Positions 12,567 through 24,206 of a stretch of DNA of 64,000 nucleotides are shown here, piece by piece (the first letter of the stretch is position 1; each line of letters opens with the position of its first letter). The notes beneath the pieces were generated by a model that worked only from the letters and a program-made list of their open reading frames with translations, was not told the origin of the DNA and searched no databases. Source of the stretch: an uncultured Nitrososphaeraceae archaeon (lineage in GTDB: Archaea; Thermoproteota; Nitrososphaeria; Nitrososphaerales; Nitrososphaeraceae); assembly GCA_963837175.1 (NCBI GenBank), contig CAWIMJ010000046.1, positions 64,001 to 128,000 of the forward strand. Reading direction: 5' to 3'. The translations under genes were made by a program, and so were the position numbers.

Positions 12567-13691
12567 AGCAGCAAATATTCAAAAATCGGTATAATATGTT
12601 TATCAGAATACATATAGGCTGATGCTGCTGCAATTTTACCTTGAATATAAAGGTCTGGTACTGTTGAGCATAATCTGCAAAGTCAGACTTAATAGAAGTC
12701 TCTATTCTTTCTTACCTTGTTAGTATTGACAGCTTTTTTATTACTATCTAATTATACTTAGTACTACCTTAAAGCTGCTACCAATTGTTACCAATTTTGT
12801 TGCCCTATTACCTCCTTTTTCCAGCTGTTACCAGTGCAGGTATTTTAAATTTTGAGTATCTAAGATTGTTATCTATGTACTAATATTGATGGTGAATTTC
12901 TTTGAAACTAGCTCTCGACATAATATACAATATCCGTTTTTTTCCACAAATTGTTTTGTACTTGTAAATTTCATTATAAAATAACGACACTGATATGATG
13001 CATAGATATTTTATTTTAAAGTTAATCATACTGAACTCTCCAAAGATGTTGTTGCATGAACCATATGTCTGCTCTCTGGGTACACTTCTTACATACCTGG
13101 ATATCAGAATATCATAATTTGAAAGGACATTGTTAGTAGCATGAATTCGATTTTTGTTAGATAATCGATTATTGTAACAGTGAGGTTCTTTTTGCTCAAC
13201 TTAAATGAGAAGATTTGTTTAAAAAATCGTTCTGCCTCACTAAACCATTTGGCCACAATACCGTTCACTCTAAGAAGAGTTCTGTCCAAATTCAAGAATT
13301 AATGATTTATACATTTGAACTTAGGATTGCCATCAGGAGATTTGGTTGTTTATGGGAAACTCGTAAGAGAACAATTCTATACAAGGCTTACTACACAGCA
13401 ATACATCTTATACTCCTTCAGTACATAGAAAATAATTAAGATTGATAGCCGATGTTTGAATCCCTGATTTTCTATATATTTCTACTCCAGACATAGAATC
13501 ATCTATTCATTATTACACAAAAGTGCTAAAAGGTGAATTACACTGGAAAATTCATGCTTATGGAGTTTGAGTAGCATGCATTAAATTGTCAGAAAAAGAT
13601 CCTTTAGTAAATCTATATCAGGATATTTATCTAGTCTCAATCTTAATCTAGCTAGCTGTCCTGATGGAGAGTGTTCAATTAAATTAGTATA

Positions 13692-14816
13692 TTACTTAAC
13701 AAATGGATCAAAAGATGACATAATCAAATTTGCAATTTCTGGTCTCATCAAGTGTTCTGCTGGAATCTCACCAGAGATAACCATTTTTCTCATCTTTGTA
13801 CCACTTAGTTCTTCTCTCAATTCCGGTGTATGCGGACAGTTTCTTTCATTTGCATAGCTCAAACATTTCTTGCAATAGTAAAACGTTGGAAAGAAAAGCG
13901 GTGCAATTCCGAGATCCTGATAATCTTCAAAGATCTCTTGGGCTGCAAAAGGGTGATAATAGTTTCCAACACCTGCATGATCTCTTCCAACTATAAAGTG
14001 TGAACATCCGAAATTCTTTCTCATAATTGCATGATGAATTGCCTCTTTCGGTCCAGCATATCTCATTTCTGTATGAAGAGTTACAAACATAGATCTATTC
14101 TTGGGATAATAATTTTCTATCAATTTCTCATATGCTCCGAGAATTACTTCATCCTTAAAATCGCCAGATTTTTTTTTGCCTATTAATGGATTTATAAATA
14201 ATCCATCATAAATATTCAAGGCTGCCTTCTGCAACATTTCGTGAGCAATATGTGGAATATTTCTTGTCTGAAATCCTACTACAGTTTTCCAACCTCTCTT
14301 CTGAATTTCGGACCTAGTTTCAAAGGGGCTCATTCTATATTTTCTCAAAGGTGATTTTTGTATTCTCTTAATAACATCAATCTTGCCTTCTATAAATAGA
14401 TCTTTCATTCTTATCATATTTGAAACTCCAGGATGTTGTAGGTCATCTGTCTGATAAATTGCTTTTGCTGCAGCAAGTTTATCAAATGAATAAACATTCT
14501 CAACATGAAGAATTCCAAAATTTTCATTACTACTCAAACAAACTTCCCTGGCATCTTTCATCTTTATTGCTGTTTGCTCGTCTACATCCAAGATTATAGG
14601 AATAGTCCATGCTAAACCATTCTTCAAATGACCACATTTTATAATGCTCTGGAAGTCATCCTCACCTACAAATCCCTCCAGGGGGCTGAAGACCCCATCA
14701 GCAATATTTTCAATGTCATTTTGAAGATTATAATTGACATTAATTGAAAACATTCCGTCAATATTTTTTTTAGTAGTAAATCTGTTTATCAATCTGCCTC
14801 CATGAGGAGGTGGCAT
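13692..14816 (-). CDS. sat: Sulfate adenylyltransferase
   Basis: PPHGG start, FQTRNIPHIAHE, MRYAGPKEA, HFIVGRDHAG. Confidence 0.96.
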   Translation of the reverse strand: MPPPHGGRLINRFTTKKNIDGMFSINVNYNLQNDIENIADGVFSPLEGFVGEDDFQSIIKCGHLKNGLAWTIPIILDVDEQTAIKMKDAREVCLSSNENFGILHVENVYSFDKLAAAKAIYQTDDLQHPGVSNMIRMKDLFIEGKIDVIKRIQKSPLRKYRMSPFETRSEIQKRGWKTVVGFQTRNIPHIAHEMLQKAALNIYDGLFINPLIGKKKSGDFKDEVILGAYEKLIENYYPKNRSMFVTLHTEMRYAGPKEAIHHAIMRKNFGCSHFIVGRDHAGVGNYYHPFAAQEIFEDYQDLGIAPLFFPTFYYCKKCLSYANERNCPHTPELREELSGTKMRKMVISGEIPAEHLMRPEIANLIMSSFDPFVK

Positions 14817-14859
14817 ACTAGTGCTACATGCATATCCCAATAATAATTCCCTACTTGTG

Positions 14860-15612
14860 TTATTTTTTAGTGGGATCCCAATGCAGACCGCATTCTTTTT
14901 GTGTCGCATTTTCCCACCACCATCTACCTGCTCGTGGATCTTCCCCAGCATGAATAGCTCTTGTACATGGTTCACAACCTATGCTTGGATAACCACTATC
15001 ATGTAACTTATTATATGGAACATTATTTTTATGAATATAATCCCAGATCATTCCATTAGTCCAGTCTGCTAACGGATTAATCTTAGCAATACTGCCATGT
15101 GAAGAATCAATTTCAAGTTTATTGATATTAGTCCTAGTTATTGCCTGCTCCCTTCTCAGGCCAGTAATCCACCCATCCAGATTACTTAACGCTCTATTAA
15201 GTGGATGTACTTTTCTAATTTCGCAGCAAAGCTTTCGATTTTCAACACTTTCATACATCAAATTCATACCTTTTATTTTGACCATTTCTTCGATTTCTCT
15301 TTGTTCAGGAAAATATACTTCAATTTGTATATCATATTTTTTTCGTATCGCATCCATTACATCATAGGTTTCCTGGTTGAGTCTACCAGTATCCAATGTG
15401 AAAATTCTGGTTTTTTCTTTGTTGATTTTTACCATCATATGTATAATAATTACATCTTCAGCACCAAAACTTGATGCCAAAGCTATCTTCGGTGCATAAG
15501 CATTAATAGCCCATTCCAGGACTTCCATTGCAGATTTGTCCTCCATTTCTTTTGCAATTTTTTTGATCTGCAATTCAGTTGGTTTTAATATATCAACATT
15601 TGTTTCAGACAT
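14860..15612 (-). CDS. cysH: APS/PAPS reductase (Fe-S type)
   Basis: LDTG, CC pair, WITGLRREQ, GYPSIGCEPCT, ECGLH. Confidence 0.95.
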   Translation of the reverse strand: MSETNVDILKPTELQIKKIAKEMEDKSAMEVLEWAINAYAPKIALASSFGAEDVIIIHMMVKINKEKTRIFTLDTGRLNQETYDVMDAIRKKYDIQIEVYFPEQREIEEMVKIKGMNLMYESVENRKLCCEIRKVHPLNRALSNLDGWITGLRREQAITRTNINKLEIDSSHGSIAKINPLADWTNGMIWDYIHKNNVPYNKLHDSGYPSIGCEPCTRAIHAGEDPRAGRWWWENATQKECGLHWDPTKK

Positions 15613-15704
15613 ATTTAATATTCAGAATAATAGAGTTATATTCATTGTCATTATATAGATATGATTTCCATATTTAGATAGTCACTGATTTTAATTGGAG
15701 ACGA

Positions 15705-16009
15705 GAGTCCAAAGTTTCAATAGATGATGGCATACTATTGGTATAATTCCCAAATCTACAACTTTTTGAGATTAAAGCATAATCATATCATCTCCTTCCT
15801 TCATTCCTCACATAAAGAAAAGGAAAGTATCTTAGAGAAAGAACAAGCCGATACTTTATATAGATAGAACTGAATGTTTACTGATAATGATTACTTTTCA
15901 TGTATAACAAAAATAAATGTAAATTAAAGCAGTTATTATCAACTATTTGGTAATCTATTTCATTGAATATAATAATAGATAAGAGTGATTTGTTAAGTTA
16001 ACACAGGCC
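15705..16009 (+). mobile_element. IS6-family transposase 3' remnant with right terminal repeat
   Basis: Fragments resembling VSTDGGTWY, LHSS..EKS.IER, DRTECF.DYF.C; ends in GTTAAGTTAACACAGGCC, matching the IS end at 24462. Confidence 0.7.
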
Positions 16010-16099
16010 TGAAATTTATTATATTATAGATAAAAGTTGTGTTTATTAAATAGTACTTTTCTATATATAATATTAATTAAACGAGGATTTGTGATTGTT

Positions 16100-16108
16100 A
16101 GGGGAGGT
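16100..16108 (+). promoter_or_regulatory. Shine-Dalgarno-like site before the SelD-like gene
   Basis: GGGGAGGT a few nt upstream of TTG 16114. Confidence 0.5.
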
Positions 16109-16113
16109 TATGA

Positions 16114-17523
16114 TTGTCCGGGGATTTTTGGGAACTTATAGAGGAATACAGACAGCTAGGTTTTGATCCCCTACGATGGATTCCAACTTGCTCAAATGAG
16201 ATAGACACTTATCTCTTCCAATCTTCATTGAAAAATATCAAGAGAAGCAACATAAAGATAAAACCCAATTGGTTTGATTCTTTCCATTATACAGAAGGCA
16301 AGGGTATTGAACTTACTAGAAGAGTATATAGTTTTGATAACCCAAAAATCGAAAAAGAAGTAGAAATCAAACGGGCACTTTCTATATTTCGCATTCATCT
16401 GAATACTGGTGAAAATTCAACATTATTGTCAAAAGCAATTCAGAGATTTATGAAAAATTTCTATTCGAAAGTATTAGTAAAGAAAGTAACTACTTCTTTA
16501 ACAGCATATCCTGACGCTCAATTTGCGCTTCTGGACTACATAGAATTACACAGAGGTGACAAGGTAGGATACACATCTGCTAATAATTCTGTTACAAATA
16601 TAACTGATCCAACTCATAGTCCAGATTCTGAGATACATAGTAACATCTCGTTGACAGCCGCAATGGAATATCTAAATCTTCTAGGATGTACTTCAGGCTT
16701 TAAAGTATTTCCTGTATATGATGCTCCAAATGAAAATATTTTGGATAAGATTAGAGAAAACCTTGATCGATTTACTTCTCGTTATAACTTAGCAATGGAA
16801 GACTATAGTTCGCTTAAAGTAGGCAAGTTATTCTTCGGTGCGACTGCAATTGCAAATACGCTTAAGGAATTACCTACACGATATAACCAATCGGAAGAAG
16901 GAATGCAAATCGTTCTTTCGAATAAATTGGGTTCAATGACAGCTGTAAGTCTTTACATGTTGACTAAAATGGATCATAACAACATAACTAAATTTGAGCA
17001 AAATGGTATTGGATTAGACGCACTTTCTGCTGCAAAAGATGAGGCAATGAAACGTCTAACTGAACCTCATTTCGCTCTTGGTAAAATAATTTCAACATAC
17101 TGTCCAGATTTTGAAACAGAGTTTGATAAACATGTCCACATAACTGCTGTTCATCCTGTTACAACAGATGGCATATTTGCGGTGGGAAAACTTGCAGAAT
17201 TGACAAATTCCCATATTGTAATTAACAAACTTCCAATGAAGTATGAAGAGGTTGCAAAGTTTGCAACAAGAGAATTTTTGATTGAGAATGCAACTGTATC
17301 TACAAACGGATGTCACCTGATCGTCGCAACAAAGGATGTAACAAATTACATCCTGGAAGAGTTACGGAAATATAATTTTGAACCAACAGTGATTGGATTT
17401 ATATCAAAGAAAGGAGAAGCGAGTGTGGCAATTGGAAATGAGATCAGCGAATATGTGGCTTCCAAAGCTAAACTTGCTAGATTAAATTGTCTAGCTCAAG
17501 CAGAAAGTCAACAGCATGAATAA
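16114..17523 (+). CDS. SelD-like (AIR synthase/PurM-fold) putative sulfur metabolism protein
   Basis: N-terminal YRQLGFDPLRWIPTC, ITDPT, LSNKLG, VHPVTTDGI, TNGCHLI pattern of the SelD-related archaeal family; recognised by eye only. Confidence 0.65.
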   Translation: MSGDFWELIEEYRQLGFDPLRWIPTCSNEIDTYLFQSSLKNIKRSNIKIKPNWFDSFHYTEGKGIELTRRVYSFDNPKIEKEVEIKRALSIFRIHLNTGENSTLLSKAIQRFMKNFYSKVLVKKVTTSLTAYPDAQFALLDYIELHRGDKVGYTSANNSVTNITDPTHSPDSEIHSNISLTAAMEYLNLLGCTSGFKVFPVYDAPNENILDKIRENLDRFTSRYNLAMEDYSSLKVGKLFFGATAIANTLKELPTRYNQSEEGMQIVLSNKLGSMTAVSLYMLTKMDHNNITKFEQNGIGLDALSAAKDEAMKRLTEPHFALGKIISTYCPDFETEFDKHVHITAVHPVTTDGIFAVGKLAELTNSHIVINKLPMKYEEVAKFATREFLIENATVSTNGCHLIVATKDVTNYILEELRKYNFEPTVIGFISKKGEASVAIGNEISEYVASKAKLARLNCLAQAESQQHE

Positions 17524-17879
17524 CAAAATCCTTCAACCATTCTGTGCTGTTATTTCTTCAATAGTGATGAGTTGATATCTTTCCAATAATAATTGTCACT
17601 TATTTTTCCTATTTTTTTATAATACTAACTTCAGTCGCTGTTTATTTTAGTCCATACTTTGAGATTGCATTTGGATGTAATATTTTGTCATACTTGAATG
17701 GCATCTCTTATAATAAATAATTTATTGTATATTATGATCACATATTGAAATTCAAATTATTCACAGGAATAAATGCAGTAAAATAAACCAATAGTCAAAT
17801 ACTCGTTTGTGAGAAATTTTTCATCTATCCTATAATATGATGATCCAAACTATAATACTCTAAATTACAATAATATAAT

Positions 17880-18200
17880 TTAAGAGGACATTTGAAAACT
17901 TGAAATTAGAACACAATTCTAATTTCAAGATAATACTACAAAGGATTTTGGTAACAGTCGAGGAGAATAATTCATCAGCATTCGTAGAAATATAAAATAA
18001 CCAGACAACTTAAGTATATAAGTTAAGTTTTATTGAAAGAATCAAAAGGTTCAATAGTAAAAGTCGGAGACAGAAAATAATATTTATCGAGGCTTTAACT
18101 TATCTTAGAATACGCAGCAAAATATCAAAAGAGAAACGATGGTTTTCATAAACGGATTATCAGTACGTTCCCAAAAAATTAACTTACGTTTTACTCTATC
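17880..18200 (+). mobile_element. Highly decayed DDE transposase fragment
   Basis: Fragments resembling ERFN..V.DR.K..RG, a C-terminal motif of thaumarchaeal IS6-like transposases; bounds approximate. Confidence 0.35.
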
Positions 18201-18292
18201 GAATATAAGCATGTAAATCCAATTTGCCTTGTATCACTACAAAGGTAGGCTTTTTATAATATATACATCATCTAAGAAGAATTACTAAGTCA

Positions 18293-19072
18293 TTGCCATC
18301 ATCATCACCGACATCGCAATTTTCCAAACGACAAGTATTACTAGCCATAAGACAGATATTTTTGATAGCCTATATGACTGGAATTTTGTGGCTTCGCAGA
18401 AATCCTATTTCTATGGTTTTTTCTGCAATGAGTCCGTTTTCGCTATTGTTTGTTTTGTTCATAGTGAGCAATGGCGAATACATCGAATTTGCAGTTGCAG
18501 GTAGTCTTGTGATGGCATTAGTCGGTTATGGACTCGCATTGGGACAGGATATTTCATACTACAAGACCGAGTATAAGATTCAGGATGTCTTCGTCGCTTC
18601 ACCGGTTTCTCCCCTTGTTTACATGACAGGCTTGGCATTATCTCAGCTTCTGTTTGGCTTGCCGGCATTGACTGTTCTTACAATCCTTGCAGCGTACTTT
18701 GGAACTTCAATTATATATGTCCCTCTATTGATATCAACAATATTATTAATCTGGGGAACCATGTCGGCAATTGGATTTTTCTTATCATCACATATGCTAC
18801 ATATGCGAAATGCAACACAAGTTATTTCGTTTGTTAATGTATTCCTTGCAGTATTACCTCCTGTCTTTTACTCAATAGAACGTTTACCTCTAGAATTACA
18901 ATATGTTGCTTATCTTGTACCGACCACCCATGCCTCGTTAATGTTGCAATATACTATGGGATTTCCTACACCAAAAGAATGGTCCGTTGCTCTTGGTTTT
19001 GGAGTACAGTTTGCATATCTAATAGGATTTATGGTGCTGGCAAAGACAAAAGCTCTTTGGCGAGAGGCATAA
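18293..19072 (+). CDS. ABC-2 type exporter permease
   Basis: Six TMs, ASPVSP, PPVFYSIERLP..LQYVAYLVPTTHA. Confidence 0.88.
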   Translation: MPSSSPTSQFSKRQVLLAIRQIFLIAYMTGILWLRRNPISMVFSAMSPFSLLFVLFIVSNGEYIEFAVAGSLVMALVGYGLALGQDISYYKTEYKIQDVFVASPVSPLVYMTGLALSQLLFGLPALTVLTILAAYFGTSIIYVPLLISTILLIWGTMSAIGFFLSSHMLHMRNATQVISFVNVFLAVLPPVFYSIERLPLELQYVAYLVPTTHASLMLQYTMGFPTPKEWSVALGFGVQFAYLIGFMVLAKTKALWREA

Positions 19073-19963
19073 TATAATAATTTACTAAGATATAGCGGAT
19101 AAGGTTTATTTAAAATGCTGAAGATCAGTTTAGATATTATAAGAAGTGTTAGTGTAGTTTCATAGTAGTCACTTACAAAATTAGTCAAAGAATGTATGTA
19201 TGTGCTTCAAAAAGTATCTTCTCAATTACGAACATCAAAGTCTAAAAAAGATGTTTAATATAGCATCTTTATTGTTGCTGCTGACTATTTTTATTTTCTC
19301 TAATAGCTACTAGTATGTGTCAAATTAAATGTTCAATTGATAGATTCAGATGAGTTGATTAAACTACAACACACATATTGTAAATGTAACTGAGATTAAA
19401 AAGATGAGAATTTATAAAGTAAAAAGACGTGAGAAGATAATCATTACAAAATATACTCTTTTGAAGGTATTCAATTGTACTTGAAAAGGAAAATATTAAT
19501 TACTCGCTAATAGAGAAACTGAGATGATATTATCGAGATTAAGTTTTATTAAATCTATTATAATAAATTACATCATTTAATTGGTAGTTTGTAGTTAGGA
19601 AGAATATTATATTCTGATGTAATACCATCTTTCGCAGGCTATCGATATATTGTTTATGTTACATAAATATATCTTATTAAGGATGGTTGGACGCTATCAA
19701 CCAGGCAAGAAATTAGATGCCAAACATGATGTAAAATATTTGTCATCTAGATATCGAATCATATAGTTAGTAACGTTTTTATAATAAATTGTTACAATTA
19801 AGTGTAGACTTAAATTACTAGAAATAATCTTATTAGAAAGAAACTCATTCTATCTTTATATGATAAAGAATTCTTTATACGGTCCAGAAGACTCTCCTTG
19901 ATGTAGAATATTCCAATACAAAAAGTAAGGCTTATACATAATTATAAAATAAAAATATCATAA

Positions 19964-20281
19964 ATGCAATATCATAAAGCCGCTTTTCTTGGGCAGGAGA
20001 GATCAAGAAAAGCTCAGATGAAGCTATTCGATTATACTGGATTTGCAATGCTGACTTATACTATAAAGCAGGATAAGAAAGGATTTGAACCTGTTGGTGA
20101 AGAAATGTTAGTTGGTAAAATTACTATGGCTGACGAGGCGATGCTATTTATCTGCGATAAAGATGGATATGCAAAGGCACAATCAAAACCTATAACAATA
20201 CAACAAGGCGAGGAAATTTACCAAAAAATGATAAAAGATGGATTTTTAGAATTTATAGGCTCTATCAAGACTGTTTCTTGA
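19964..20281 (+). CDS. Conserved hypothetical protein
   Basis: 105 aa ORF with TATA-like element upstream and protein-like composition. Confidence 0.7.
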   Translation: MQYHKAAFLGQERSRKAQMKLFDYTGFAMLTYTIKQDKKGFEPVGEEMLVGKITMADEAMLFICDKDGYAKAQSKPITIQQGEEIYQKMIKDGFLEFIGSIKTVS

Positions 20282-20981
20282 CCATTACGATCTCGGTACC
20301 GACATGATGTGTACCAATGATCGCGTTCTTAATATTAGTTATGTCTGACCGTAAGACTCTAGTAGGTATTTTTGAACGTTCTATAACTTTTAATGCCACA
20401 ATATCCATAAGATCATATGTCCCTGCCATTGAGCTTCCATTCTTAAGAATTTCCATACATTCACTTACTGTAATTTCATTTAATAATTTTGCATTCCTGC
20501 TGATATTCGGATCTAAGTCATAAATACCATCAACATCAGTAGCATTTAGGAATTTTGAGGCCCTTACTTTTTCCGCTATTAATGCTGAGGTAGCGTTAGT
20601 ACTTTGACCTGGATGTAAACCACCCACAATTACTATTTTACCACTTTCTGCTGCTATTGTCACTTCTTCGAGATTTTTTGGAACTTGGGAATACGCCTGT
20701 TCTCCAAGAGCTACTATCAATAATTTTGCATTCAACCTTGACACTTCGATTCCCATAATATCTAAACTCGCTTCATCGGAGCCAAGATAACGTGCAAGAT
20801 TGATATAATGACGTGCAATCTTGCCTCCGCCGGCAATAACTATTGGTTGTACATCAATGCTAATGTCAGTGAGCATTTCAGCATATCTTTTAATAGTACC
20901 TTCGTTTCTTTCTTCGCTAAATATGCTACCACTTAATTTGATGGCTACCCTTTTTCTGATTATTCTATTACTGTTGTTCAT
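20265..20981 (-). CDS. pyrH: Uridylate kinase
   Basis: IKLSGS, AGGGKIAR, GGLHPGQSTNA, ATDVDGIY. Confidence 0.95.
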   Translation of the reverse strand: MNNSNRIIRKRVAIKLSGSIFSEERNEGTIKRYAEMLTDISIDVQPIVIAGGGKIARHYINLARYLGSDEASLDIMGIEVSRLNAKLLIVALGEQAYSQVPKNLEEVTIAAESGKIVIVGGLHPGQSTNATSALIAEKVRASKFLNATDVDGIYDLDPNISRNAKLLNEITVSECMEILKNGSSMAGTYDLMDIVALKVIERSKIPTRVLRSDITNIKNAIIGTHHVGTEIVMVKKQS

Positions 20982-22231
20982 ATGCTTCTCTCCGATAATT
21001 CTTCACCAAGAACCTTTCTAGTAGAGCATTCTACTACATTTCTATTTTCAGCAGTAGTGTATACTCTTAACATATCAAGAAAACCAGTTATAGAATCAAT
21101 AAGTGGAATTTCAGAGATAGGGGTCTCGTAAGCCCGTTCTTTATCAACAAGAAATACTGATCTTATCTCTTTCTTTGTAGGAGTTAGCGGCATTGATGGC
21201 GCTCTTGAAGCATCAACAAAAACAGAACTCTCATCTACTTCTGCAACATCAGCTATCTGTTTGCCAAGATCATGTAGCGCTTGTCTATTCATTTTTCTAT
21301 ATAATTTATCGCGTTTATGTAAAAATTTTTCGTAAACACATTTTAATAGTTTTCTAGATCTATAATCTATTGCTAATTTGACTGCTATTTTATTGCCATT
21401 TTGAAATGAGCAAATGCGTTCAAGAGTTGCTTCATCTGTTAGATCAAGGTAATTTTTCAAAGAGGTATCCGTTAAACCCATCTCTTTGTCAGCTAGTATC
21501 ATAGAATGTAATAACATAACTTCTGCAGATCTTACTGTTTTATGAAAATAGACCGCCTTGAACATTTCATATCTAGAAATCAACATAGATTCAAATGAAT
21601 ATAGCGCGGATCTGTTAATAGCTAAATGTCCATTAGACACTATCTCAAAGGAACTTATCAGCCGGTGATAATCAATCTTACCATACTCTACTCCTGTAAA
21701 GAGTCCATCTCTAGACAAATAATCCATGCTATCCGCAGATAGTCCGCCAGCAATTATCTCATTGAAAAATTTTACATTAGATTCACCAAATGATAACTTG
21801 CATATACCTGATGAATTGTAACCGTATTTTCTTACAATGTCACTAACCTCACTATGAGATATTATCTTCCTTCCCATATCTTCATGGCTTCTCTTGCATC
21901 TTGCCTCCAATACCTCCTCAAATAGATGGGAAAACGGTCCATGACCTATGTCATGAAGCAATGCTGCCAATCGTAACTCCTGAACTAGGTCTTCATTTTC
22001 AAGATATCCTTTGGTAAGAAGAGTTTCTCCTGCATAGCCCGCTACATGCATAGTGCCAAGCGAATGCTCGAATCTAGAATGTTGTGCACTAGGATAAACT
22101 AAATGTGCTCCAGCAAGTTGTCTGATTCTTCTCAAACGCTGAAAAACTGGCGTATCAATAAGTTCTCTCTCCACATCAGAAAATCTGATATAATGATGGA
22201 CTGGATCGGTAATTTCACCGGTAAACTTCAT
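20978..22231 (-). CDS. HD-domain dNTP triphosphohydrolase-like protein
   Basis: DPVH, FQRLRRIRQL, HSRFEHSLG, LLHDIGHGPFSH, VYFHK. Confidence 0.93.
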   Translation of the reverse strand: MKFTGEITDPVHHYIRFSDVERELIDTPVFQRLRRIRQLAGAHLVYPSAQHSRFEHSLGTMHVAGYAGETLLTKGYLENEDLVQELRLAALLHDIGHGPFSHLFEEVLEARCKRSHEDMGRKIISHSEVSDIVRKYGYNSSGICKLSFGESNVKFFNEIIAGGLSADSMDYLSRDGLFTGVEYGKIDYHRLISSFEIVSNGHLAINRSALYSFESMLISRYEMFKAVYFHKTVRSAEVMLLHSMILADKEMGLTDTSLKNYLDLTDEATLERICSFQNGNKIAVKLAIDYRSRKLLKCVYEKFLHKRDKLYRKMNRQALHDLGKQIADVAEVDESSVFVDASRAPSMPLTPTKKEIRSVFLVDKERAYETPISEIPLIDSITGFLDMLRVYTTAENRNVVECSTRKVLGEELSERSI

Positions 22232-22265
22232 AATTATGGATGGTCATTGTATGTGATAGCAGAAA

Positions 22266-22874
22266 TTAAACTTTAAGATTTTTTCTAACAATTGTCATTA
22301 TATCTTCATGAACTTGATCTTTACTTTTTTCACCATTAATTATCTTCCATTTATATTGTCTTGCAAGTTTGCGATAGTTTTTATGAACATCTGTCAGCAA
22401 TTTCTGATCTTTTTCAAATACATCACGGTTCTCTACTGCTCGTTGATAAGAAGTCTTAGGACTAACTTCAATGACTATAACTATATCTCCTTTTGGTAGA
22501 CCCTTGTCTAAGTTGATGAGCCAGTTAATATTAAGACCATTTGCAATACCATAAACAAGATTTGATTGATAATATCTATTCATTATTAAGATGGTGCCAT
22601 TGTCTATCATACTTTCTATTTCCTTCTTCTTCTCCCACCTATTAGCAGAAAGAAGAAGATGTTTTAGTTCATCAGGATAATCGCGTTTGCCATCTAAAAA
22701 AGCTTGGATCTCTGCTCCAATAGGTGTGGTATAATCAGGAAAATCCAACATTACACAAATTCTTCCAGAAAGTTTGAGAGTATCTAAAAGCAGTCTGGAC
22801 TGTGTTCCTTTGCCAGCTTTGTCTGTTCCCTCTATTACTATAATCTTGCCTTTTTCCAATGCATTGAAATGCAA
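22266..22874 (-). CDS. tmk: Thymidylate kinase
   Basis: IEGTDKAGKGTQ P-loop, FPDY, NRYYQSNLVYG. Confidence 0.94.
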   Translation of the reverse strand: MHFNALEKGKIIVIEGTDKAGKGTQSRLLLDTLKLSGRICVMLDFPDYTTPIGAEIQAFLDGKRDYPDELKHLLLSANRWEKKKEIESMIDNGTILIMNRYYQSNLVYGIANGLNINWLINLDKGLPKGDIVIVIEVSPKTSYQRAVENRDVFEKDQKLLTDVHKNYRKLARQYKWKIINGEKSKDQVHEDIMTIVRKNLKV

Positions 22875-24014
22875 ATCAAGAATAATAAAAAGATGTTGGG
22901 AGAATTTTTATATTTCAAAACAATTCAAAGATTAATATTTATTAAATCATAATAATAAATTTTAATAATGATTACTAAACTAGTAAATATTAATTCATAA
23001 ATAGTTATCTGTATTTATAAGCACTTGTAATAACTTTTCTATTGTCCACTCTCAATACATATTCTACCATCACAAGAAATTTTACAATCGTTTCTATCAT
23101 AATCTATTTCGCAATTAATATGACATATACAAATGAAGGTAAATAATGAAATTATTTTGTTAGTATAAACATTGTACATGAGATGAGATCTAACTACAGC
23201 ATTATTAATTTTATCCTTATTATATACTACAACTTATAGGACCAACTTTAAAATAGTGGCATCTCGGCATTTCATCTATAACATTTGACTCATGATAGCT
23301 TAAAATCAGGAACCAAAATCGTTTACATTTTTTTGTGCTCTTGTCAATTACCATAACAAATATTCAGCTATATATGCTACAAATATGATAGATTATACGA
23401 TATGAGAATTTATAAAATACCAAAAAAACAATTAGGAATTTCGATGCCATTAATATTCTATGTTAATGTCCTTCGACTCACATTATCTTGTTCGACGAAG
23501 TGACTTCATCTTTACATGATAGCTCTAAAGCGATCAAGCAAAATTACTAAATGCAACGGATCAAAGTCATTCACCTAGAGGTTGCTTGCTTTTTAAGTAG
23601 AGTTGAAGGCATTCTTAAGTAAATAGTGGTCAAGACTAGGCGCTTAATTTACGGAACTTTGAGTTTTAAAAATCTGGAATGTATAAAGCCAAACCACAAT
23701 TGTAAAGTTACAAGATCTCCCTGATCTCTTGATTTTACTTCTTTTTAAAGAAGATTACCTATATAAGTTATACATTAGACAAAATGTTAGTTACGGATGT
23801 ACTTAAATGCGAAATACCAAATCGTGCGTTAACAGTTTGGCACCTAATTCAGTTCGCGAAAATACTGCAATAGATAGCCTGCTTACAAGAGAAGGATCTG
23901 AAGCATAAGATTTCTCTTGGAGTAGAGTGTATAATTTAATCCATAGATTGCTACTTTTAATTTCTATTGTTTTAATGTTGAAGTGTTGTAAATAATTATA
24001 TAATTGCTAGATAT

Positions 24015-24206
24015 TTATTTTCGCTTATTTCTAATTTCTTGCTTTTCCTTCTTGTAAACAACTCTACAATAGTCATGCAAATGAGTAACATCTTCCATTC
24101 TTTCACATTTGCCACATAACCACGAAATATACTCCTTGCAAAAATTACATACAGAAATAGGAATAAGGAATGTTCCACATGCTCTGCAGGATTCTTTATT
24201 AAACAT
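24015..24206 (-). CDS. Small Cys/His-rich zinc-finger protein
   Basis: Three CxxC motifs plus HxHxxC in 63 aa. Confidence 0.7.
   Translation of the reverse strand: MFNKESCRACGTFLIPISVCNFCKEYISWLCGKCERMEDVTHLHDYCRVVYKKEKQEIRNKRK

Noticed and set aside
13450-13470. GTTTGAATCCC resembling a tRNA T-loop or att site
   Set aside because: No cloverleaf or acceptor stem can be built around it.
14817-14975. N-terminal extension of sat in the ORF track
   Set aside because: Overlaps the cysH 3' end; homology starts at MPPPHGG.
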